Source: Candidatus Hermodarchaeum yapensis
Lineage (GTDB): Archaea > Asgardarchaeota > Hermodarchaeia > Hermodarchaeales > Hermodarchaeaceae
Length of the DNA: 64,000 nt
Assembly (NCBI GenBank): GCA_016840405.1
Contig: JAEOSK010000011.1
Span: forward strand, 2,634 to 66,633
Reading direction: 5' to 3'
Below, piece by piece: positions 38,371-44,791 of this stretch (positions are counted from its first letter, which is position 1; each line of letters starts with the position of its first letter). Made by a program: the position numbers and the translations under genes. Under the pieces are notes generated by a model. It saw only the letters and a program-made list of their open reading frames with translations, was not told where the DNA came from and did not search any database.

Positions 38371-39309
38371 TTAGACTCCAATTCTATATCGCCAGGCTGA
38401 AAAGCCCCGTTGTTTGATTATACCAAACACATTATTTTGGAGATCCCGTCCAGGCGTCAATGCTACCATATTGCCACCACGTCCAGTACCCGTTAATTTG
38501 GCACCCCACGCTCCTGCTTGCCGAGAGACGCCCACGAGTTCCTCTAACTCAACACAGGAAACCCCAATTTCAATTAGCAGATTATGGTTTTGATTCATGA
38601 GTAAACCAATTAGTTGGAGATCCATGTCATCGAAGCCTTTCCGTGCAGTTTCAGCAATTTCTGCATAATCCTCAGCGATTTGATCCCACCATTTGGTTTT
38701 CTCTTCTTTCAGTTTCCGTACATCACCGACCACTTCTTTTGTGCTAGCCGTGATGCCAGTGCTGGCAATTACTATGTCCGTAGGTTCCTTCAGTTTGATT
38801 GTTTCAATGGTAGGGTCTCCACCGTTGAGATCGCGTTTATACCAGACGATTCCACCAAAAGTCGCAGCGGTATTATCAATACCGCTAGGAGTGCCATGAT
38901 AGCCTAGTTCGCCCTCATAGGCACATGCGTTGACTTTATTGTCATCCCAACCTAGCCTGAATTCGTCGCTTAGCGCCCGTGCAATGGCGGTACAGCTTGC
39001 AGCACTTGCTCCGATACCACTGGCACAGACAAGTTTGCCACCGAGTGTAATGTGAAGACCTTCTTGACTAACATCAATATCAGCAAAACGGAGAATATTG
39101 TCAATGGACACTTTTTGCTCATTCAATTTCTTTTTCTTGTATCCAGGGACCGCGGGACGATTATCGGTGATTTTCCAACCGGGTTCTGAAATTCGTCGGA
39201 CTGTTGCAATTGTGGTGGATCCTACGGCGGCAGCTATTGCCGGAAACCCATAGACAACAAAATGCTCACCAAAGAGGATGACTTTACCAAAACCTGAGCC
39301 TCTGCCCAT
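38371..39309 (-). CDS. mvk: Mevalonate kinase
   Basis: 'GKVILFGEHFVVYG' and the GHMP motif 'SGIGASAASCTAIA'. Confidence 0.9.
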   Translation of the reverse strand: MGRGSGFGKVILFGEHFVVYGFPAIAAAVGSTTIATVRRISEPGWKITDNRPAVPGYKKKKLNEQKVSIDNILRFADIDVSQEGLHITLGGKLVCASGIGASAASCTAIARALSDEFRLGWDDNKVNACAYEGELGYHGTPSGIDNTAATFGGIVWYKRDLNGGDPTIETIKLKEPTDIVIASTGITASTKEVVGDVRKLKEEKTKWWDQIAEDYAEIAETARKGFDDMDLQLIGLLMNQNHNLLIEIGVSCVELEELVGVSRQAGAWGAKLTGTGRGGNMVALTPGRDLQNNVFGIIKQRGFSAWRYRIGV

Positions 39310-39477
39310 TGTTATTTACCTCCTGAAATGAAATTGTAATCGGAACTAGGCATTTTCGCCTGATTTCATTTGGGGAATTACGAGTCGTTTCCGAGCTAGG
39401 CGCTTAATAGCCTTTCCATGGTTTGTTGAAAGAAGTAGAGACGAGAAAAATGATTTGAAAGAAGGAAAAAACTGAGT

Positions 39478-40092
39478 TTAGCTTTCTATACGGCGTAGGA
39501 TAGCTTCAAAGTCTTCTACTTTGAATGGGAATTCAGCTTCAGGAGCGAGCTGACCTCGTTCTCGAAGAATTTGTCGGGCTAGAAGCCAGTAAGTCAAAGA
39601 TAGGGATTTACGACCTTTGTTATTGCAGGGAACTGCGAGATCAATATATTGAAGTGAATTATCAGTATCAACGAGGGCAATGATGGGTACACGAATTTTT
39701 GCACCCTCTCTGACCGCTTGAGCATCAGCCCTAGGATCTGTAACTAAAAGAATCGTTGGTTCAGTGTACTGTGGAAGTCGGGGATTTGTGAATGTACCAG
39801 GAATGAATCGTCCGGAGAGTGGTGTTGTGCCAGTTACTGTACAGAAAGTTTGGATAGGCTTTTGTGCATATTGCCGGGCTCCAACCACTGCAACCGTAGC
39901 TGGATCTGCGCGAGCTAGCATTCGAGATGCGACGCGAATACGTTCATCGAATTTGCGAATATCAAGGACGTAGAGCCCGTCTTGGCGTACTCTGTAGATA
40001 TACGGTTCCATGGTAACGGTTTTGACCTGCGTCCCAATGTGAATTCCAGCCGCCAAATATTGGTCAAGTGCAACGAGAAGATCTTCTGTCAT
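39478..40092 (-). CDS. rps2: Ribosomal protein S2 (uS2)
   Basis: 'YLAAGIHIGTQVKT...YIYRVRQDGLYVLDI' and 'LLVTDPRADAQAVREA'. Confidence 0.9.
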   Translation of the reverse strand: MTEDLLVALDQYLAAGIHIGTQVKTVTMEPYIYRVRQDGLYVLDIRKFDERIRVASRMLARADPATVAVVGARQYAQKPIQTFCTVTGTTPLSGRFIPGTFTNPRLPQYTEPTILLVTDPRADAQAVREGAKIRVPIIALVDTDNSLQYIDLAVPCNNKGRKSLSLTYWLLARQILRERGQLAPEAEFPFKVEDFEAILRRIES

Positions 40093-40094
40093 GG

Positions 40095-40295
40095 CTAGGA
40101 CCGCTCCGCAAATTGTAAAATATCATCAATGATGTCAACGTGGCTAAGTAGCATTCTTCGACAACAATAGCGGTTCAAACCCATTGAATCCAAGACAGCA
40201 GCAGGATCTTCACCTTGTCGAACACGGCGACTGAAGTCTTCCCATTTATCGGCAACAAGTCGACCGCACGTGAAACAACGAATCGGAATAATCAT
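40095..40295 (-). CDS. rpoN: RNA polymerase subunit N (Rpo10)
   Basis: '[19 protein letters not shown]...[12 protein letters not shown]'. Confidence 0.9.
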   Translation of the reverse strand: MIIPIRCFTCGRLVADKWEDFSRRVRQGEDPAAVLDSMGLNRYCCRRMLLSHVDIIDDILQFAERS

Positions 40296-40311
40296 CTTTT
40301 AACGCTCCATG

Positions 40312-40728
40312 CTATCGATAGCTCTTTTGTTTTTTGGCGCGTGCGCCAGGACCACCAAATTTCTTCTTTTCTTTTCGGCGCGAGTCTCCAGCCATAAGTG
40401 TTCGATCATATTCAACGAACTGTCGTCGGAGATCGGCACTTTTTGTAAAGTCAACTAAACCGCGAGCAATTGCTATGCGAGAGGCTTGAGCTTGTCCCAT
40501 CACTCCGCCGCCACGGACATTTACTCGAATATCAACATTGGACTTAACTTTATCACTAGCAAGAAGCAAAGGTTCTTCGATGATGTATCGAGCGATTAAT
40601 GGGGTAAAATTCTCAATCGGTGTCTTGTTAATAAAGACTCGACCGGTGCCTTCACGTATGGTTGCACGGGCGATGGCCGTTTTCCGTTTTCCAGAACTGA
40701 CGACTATTTTCATGTTAATCCCTTCCAT
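40312..40728 (-). CDS. rps9: Ribosomal protein S9 (uS9)
   Basis: 'GKRKTAIARATIREGTGRVFIN' and the C-terminal 'GGPGARAKKQKSYR'. Confidence 0.9.
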   Translation of the reverse strand: MEGINMKIVVSSGKRKTAIARATIREGTGRVFINKTPIENFTPLIARYIIEEPLLLASDKVKSNVDIRVNVRGGGVMGQAQASRIAIARGLVDFTKSADLRRQFVEYDRTLMAGDSRRKEKKKFGGPGARAKKQKSYR

Positions 40729-41180
40729 CCAAGTTCACGGGCAATTTCACCTAAATAGATTGTACGACGCCCTTTTCTTTCATATTCAGATAGGTCAAGT
40801 TGACGTTTTGTTTTGATTCCTTCAGGAGCGCCAACGTAAACACGAAGACGTTTCATAGCTTTCCGTCCTCGATCCTTTTTCCATGGCACCATGCCACGAA
40901 TTATCCTTCGAAGCAAACGGTCAGGGTGACGGGGATGTAAAGGACCCTTCCACGGGGCAGTTAGAGTTCGAATTCCAAGACGTTCCTTGTATTCTAAGAT
41001 AAGGCTTGATCGGTCGCCGGAAAGAACTGCTTTTTCAGCATTGATAACTATGACATGTTCACCTTGAAGAAGCTCTTTGGCAACAACACTGGCTAAGCGC
41101 CCAGCAACCGTGTTGTTTGCATCAGCTAATAGGGGTTCAACGGATTCCGGAGTTTCTTTTACTGCAGATTGCTTAGCCAT
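40710..41180 (-). CDS. rpl13: Ribosomal protein L13 (uL13)
   Basis: 'GRLASVVAKELLQGEHVIVINAEKAVLSG' and 'IRGMVPWKKDRGRKAMKRLRVY'. Confidence 0.9.
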   Translation of the reverse strand: MAKQSAVKETPESVEPLLADANNTVAGRLASVVAKELLQGEHVIVINAEKAVLSGDRSSLILEYKERLGIRTLTAPWKGPLHPRHPDRLLRRIIRGMVPWKKDRGRKAMKRLRVYVGAPEGIKTKRQLDLSEYERKGRRTIYLGEIARELGWKGLT

Positions 41181-41192
41181 TCAAAGTCCTCC

Positions 41193-41552
41193 TTAGTTAA
41201 TGAGCTTGACATTCTTTCCTGTGGGATTCATTTCCATGAGTTCCTCAAGTGTGAAACACTTCCCACCTTGTGCTTCGATTTTTGCACGTGCCTGCGCAGA
41301 GAAATCGTAGGCCGCCACCTGAAGTTTGTCCACGACTATACCATCAGAGAGAACCTTTCCGGGTATGACCATTACTTGACCCTTTGTGTAATGACGTTGA
41401 AGGTCACCGATATTAACGGTTACACGATTGCGACGAGCAGTTTGGAGATCCTCATAAAGAGTTCGCCAAATACGACCACCCGGGTTCCGAGATTGCCGTT
41501 TAAGTTTGATAATAAGGCGCCGACGAGTTTCATCAGGTGATTTTGTCTTCAT
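41193..41552 (-). CDS. rpl18e: Ribosomal protein L18e
   Basis: 'IWRTLYEDLQTARRNRVTVNIGDL' and 'VAAYDFSAQARAKIEAQGG'. Confidence 0.85.
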   Translation of the reverse strand: MKTKSPDETRRRLIIKLKRQSRNPGGRIWRTLYEDLQTARRNRVTVNIGDLQRHYTKGQVMVIPGKVLSDGIVVDKLQVAAYDFSAQARAKIEAQGGKCFTLEELMEMNPTGKNVKLIN

Positions 41553-41564
41553 AATCTATCACGC

Positions 41565-42491
41565 TCACTTGCTCTTTTTTTTCTTAGGTTTTGAGGAAGC
41601 TTTTGTCTTGGTAGTCTTTGCCTTCTTCTTGGCAGGCGCCTTCTTTTTTGCAGGGGCTTTTTTCTTGGCAGGCACTTTCTTCAGCGGGGGAGCTCGTCCA
41701 GGGAGAAGTGATATTAACTCTTCGTACTTCTTGCGGATGACATCGAAGCTTTTTTCCATGATTTTTTCGGGAGGAAGGGCACCTGTTGATTCTATTGTTA
41801 CAAAGAAGCTATTTTCATCATAGGTGACCGTGATAGCTTTTACATCGCAAGTTTCAACACAAAGATTGCATAGAGTGCAATTTAATTCGTCGACTACCAC
41901 GGCTTTTTCATTTTGCATTTTAAAGACCTTTCTGAAACAGGCCGTCACACACTCTTTGCAGCCATAACATTTGCCAGTATCCACTTTGACACTGGGGATC
42001 ATCTTGTATGCCATGGTAGAGACAGGTTGCCATTTAGCATGATCTTGTCCGATACCCAATCGAGCGTACGCTTCAGCGACAATTCGTTGGCCCTTAGCAA
42101 GTTTTGCAATAGGGATTTTATCGCTTATGGGAATCGTTTCAGGATCTTGTGGCTTTAAGTCCCCAGTTGTAGCGATATATCCATCTTCAGGCGCTTCAAC
42201 TTCCATGGTGAATCCAGCTTGACAAAGATGACAGCCCACGCCTTCACAAGTACATTCCTCCGGGCGGACGTATTGATCGTAATTAGTTTTGAGAGGCACT
42301 AACCCGAGACGATGAGCGATGATTTCATCAAAGATGGGGGATTGATTCTCAAGAATCACTACTTCCTCTATTGCCATAGTAGGGGTTTCAGCGATTATGA
42401 TTCGGCGGAGGGCATTCATTAGACCTGGACGTACATTTTCAATGCGTAATTTGAGTGTGTCTTCCGTTTTTTCAAGTACAGTCACTTTCAT
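41565..42491 (-). CDS. rpoD: RNA polymerase subunit D (Rpo3) with ferredoxin-like 4Fe-4S insert and K/A-rich tail
   Basis: 'LRIENVRPGLMNALRRIIIAETPTMAIEEV', the clusters 'CYGCKECVTAC' and 'CTLCNLCVETC', and the tail 'KKVPAKKKAPAKKKAPAKKKAKTTKTKASSKPKKKKSK'. Confidence 0.9.
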   Translation of the reverse strand: MKVTVLEKTEDTLKLRIENVRPGLMNALRRIIIAETPTMAIEEVVILENQSPIFDEIIAHRLGLVPLKTNYDQYVRPEECTCEGVGCHLCQAGFTMEVEAPEDGYIATTGDLKPQDPETIPISDKIPIAKLAKGQRIVAEAYARLGIGQDHAKWQPVSTMAYKMIPSVKVDTGKCYGCKECVTACFRKVFKMQNEKAVVVDELNCTLCNLCVETCDVKAITVTYDENSFFVTIESTGALPPEKIMEKSFDVIRKKYEELISLLPGRAPPLKKVPAKKKAPAKKKAPAKKKAKTTKTKASSKPKKKKSK

Positions 42492-42529
42492 ACCTAATCG
42501 CCTCGATTTTTTACCCTCGCTAATGCTTC

Positions 42530-43219
42530 TTACACTCTTCGACCACGGCGACCTCCAGGACGACGAGTACCGTCATGAGGCATTGGAGTTACTTCTTCGA
42601 TTCGTCCAATACGTAAACCAGCCCGCGCCAAAGCACGAATGGCAGCTTGAGCGCCTGGACCAGGCGTTTTGGGACCATGTCCTCCCGGGGCTCGGACCTT
42701 GATATTAACTCGTGTGATATCTTTATCCATTGCAGCTCGAGCAGCACGAAACGCGGCTTGCATTGCAGCATAAGGAGAACTCTCATCGCGGTCTGCTCTC
42801 ACAATCATTCCACCCGATGCACGGGCAATCGTTTCAGCACCGGTTATATCAGTGATATGCACGATGGTGTCGTTATAGGAACTGTAGATGTGTGCGACAC
42901 CCCATTTTTCCTTACTATCTACAGGAGTAGGTGTTCGGGCACGCCCACCTGAACGAGGCGGTCGAGATCGGGTTCGCCTGCGGGGTTTTTCGTCTTCAGG
43001 AGCTTTAGGTGCTTCAGGTTTTTTAGTGGCTTCTTTCTTCGGAGGCGCCACCTCTTCTTTCTTAGGAGTTTTTTCTTTTGGAGGAGATGTGACTTCCGTG
43101 GGTTCCTTCGTTTTCTTTTCTGGTTTCTCCTCCGCTTTCTTTTCCGGCTTCGCTTCTGCCTTCTTTTCCGGTTTCTCCTCAGGCTCCGATTTTGTTTTCT
43201 TTTCTTTCGCCATAATCAA
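42530..43219 (-). CDS. rps11: Ribosomal protein S11 (uS11) with K/E/P-rich N-terminal extension of about 95 aa
   Basis: The core is '[33 protein letters not shown]'. The N-terminus reads '[36 protein letters not shown]...'. Confidence 0.9.
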   Translation of the reverse strand: MIMAKEKKTKSEPEEKPEKKAEAKPEKKAEEKPEKKTKEPTEVTSPPKEKTPKKEEVAPPKKEATKKPEAPKAPEDEKPRRRTRSRPPRSGGRARTPTPVDSKEKWGVAHIYSSYNDTIVHITDITGAETIARASGGMIVRADRDESSPYAAMQAAFRAARAAMDKDITRVNIKVRAPGGHGPKTPGPGAQAAIRALARAGLRIGRIEEVTPMPHDGTRRPGGRRGRRV

Positions 43220-43260
43220 TCAGCACCCAAAAGTAATCCACTTTGCACTAGCATAACAAA

Positions 43261-43986
43261 TTACGAAGTGGTTTTCTTCTTCGATGAGGGTTTCTTTTCT
43301 TTTGCAGGAGGTTTTTCCTCCTCCACTTCCTCTACTTCTTCCACATCCTCAATATCGATTTCATCGTCAATTGGTACTTCCTTTATGTCGCGGATTTTTT
43401 CAATTTTGACCTCAATACGTTCTAGCTTCTCAACGGGTTCTTCAGGCGGTTTTGTAGGTGGTGTGACGGGTTCACCCGTAGGTAGTTCGGGATGATTGGG
43501 TTGTCGGTAGGGACTATCAGGAGTGTATGCGAGTTTCTTTTCCTGATCTCGATGCATGAGCATTCCAGGAGAAGTGACACGATGTTTATCTAAGGAAATA
43601 TGTCCATGTACAATTAATTGACGGGCATGATGCATTGTTTTTGCGAGGCCTTGTCGTACAACTTGGGTTTGTAATCGACGTTCTAAGATATCTCGAATTG
43701 TAAGATTCAAAATGTCATCCATTTGGGATTTCTCATCAATTAGTGACAGCCGATTTACATGATTTAGTAATTCTTTCTCTCGTTTTCCCCGTGATTCAAG
43801 GGGTAGGGCTACAAGATCCCGAGCGGTACCTCGAAATCGGGCAAGCATTGTTCGATGTCGCCAGAGTTCGCGTTTATTTCGGAGCCCATATTCTCCTACA
43901 TAAATCAGCTCATCCGCTAGACGCGTCTTTTGCCAAGGATGCCCCGGTGCAACATATTTTTTCTTGGGTTTCCGTATGCCGCCCAT
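43261..43986 (-). CDS. rps4: Ribosomal protein S4 (uS4) with acidic/K-rich C-terminal extension
   Basis: 'GGIRKPKKKYVAPGHPWQK', the S4 domain 'RRLQTQVVRQGLAKTMHHARQLIVHGHI', and the tail 'DDEIDIEDVEEVEEVEEEKPPAKEKKPSSKKK'. Confidence 0.9.
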   Translation of the reverse strand: MGGIRKPKKKYVAPGHPWQKTRLADELIYVGEYGLRNKRELWRHRTMLARFRGTARDLVALPLESRGKREKELLNHVNRLSLIDEKSQMDDILNLTIRDILERRLQTQVVRQGLAKTMHHARQLIVHGHISLDKHRVTSPGMLMHRDQEKKLAYTPDSPYRQPNHPELPTGEPVTPPTKPPEEPVEKLERIEVKIEKIRDIKEVPIDDEIDIEDVEEVEEVEEEKPPAKEKKPSSKKKTTS

Positions 43987-44000
43987 AACCTATTCGCCTT

Positions 44001-44453
44001 CTAAGCTCGTCGCTTCCGTGAAACGCCAACTGTCCTTCCTCTTCGACCTGTTGTCCGAGTACGCTGTCCTCGAACTTTCAAACCTAAGCCGTGGCGGACA
44101 CCCCGCCAGTTTTTCGTTTTCATAAGATAGTCGATATCCATTTTCAACTGGAAGTCAAGATCCGCTCCGATGAGATGCTTATTGTTTCCTGAAGTCATAT
44201 CTTTCTGTCGATTCAACATCCATTGAGGAATACCATGTTTCGAAGGGTCTTGGAGGACCTCCTCGATTTTTGCCACTTCAGCGTCGGTGATGTAACCCGC
44301 GCGTTGGTCTGGGTTTAACTTGGCAACCTTAACGATAGCCCGGGCTAATCGACGACCAACTCCTTTAACAGCGCTTAAAGCCCTGTCAAGTTTCTGGCTA
44401 CCGTCAATATCGGTACGAGCAATTCGGATGATATGTCGATAGGAAGATGACAA
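44001..44453 (-). CDS. rps13: Ribosomal protein S13 (uS13)
   Basis: 'HIIRIARTDIDGSQKL...LSAVKGVGRRLA'. GAGGTG lies 8 nt upstream of the ATG. Confidence 0.9.
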   Translation of the reverse strand: MSSSYRHIIRIARTDIDGSQKLDRALSAVKGVGRRLARAIVKVAKLNPDQRAGYITDAEVAKIEEVLQDPSKHGIPQWMLNRQKDMTSGNNKHLIGADLDFQLKMDIDYLMKTKNWRGVRHGLGLKVRGQRTRTTGRRGRTVGVSRKRRA

Positions 44454-44605
44454 TTTAGCACCTCAGGTAGCATTAGCTCTGAGCTACGGCAATCGAAATA
44501 CAGAACCGCTTAAAAATGTGTTGCCTTGACTTGCCATACTAACTCCGAATTCTGATAGCAAATCTCCAAGTTGACCTTCAGAGAAAAACAGCTTTATCTA
44601 AATCT

Positions 44606-44612
44606 TTAAAGG
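44606..44612 (+). promoter_or_regulatory. Candidate TATA box (TTTAAAG) for tRNA-Ser
   Basis: 'aaatcTTTAAAGgtgctgtacaggaaatgaacgccaa' ends 24 nt before the first tRNA nucleotide (44637). Confidence 0.4.
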
Positions 44613-44636
44613 TGCTGTACAGGAAATGAACGCCAA

Positions 44637-44751
44637 GCCGCGGTAGCCAAGTGGTTTACGGCGCAGGCCTGGAAATTCTCGATTACTAAACGAGAACCAA
44701 TCAGCCTGTGACCCCTGGGTCGCACGGGTTCGAATCCCGTCCGCGGCGCCA
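44637..44751 (+). tRNA. tRNA-Ser (anticodon GGA) with a 28-nt canonical intron (44675-44702) and encoded CCA
   Basis: Acceptor GCCGCGG/CCGCGGC. D-loop with GG. Anticodon stem CAGGC/GCCTG, loop CT-GGA-A. Long variable arm GACC-CCTG-GGTC. T-arm ACGGG-TTCGAAT-CCCGT. The intron after position 37 forms a bulge-helix-bulge: central CTGG/CCAA, bulges AAA and TCA, inner helix TTCTCG/CGAGAA. Confidence 0.9.
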
Positions 44752-44791
44752 TCTCCTTGTTTTGGAAATAATATCTGCATGAAGCATGTGT

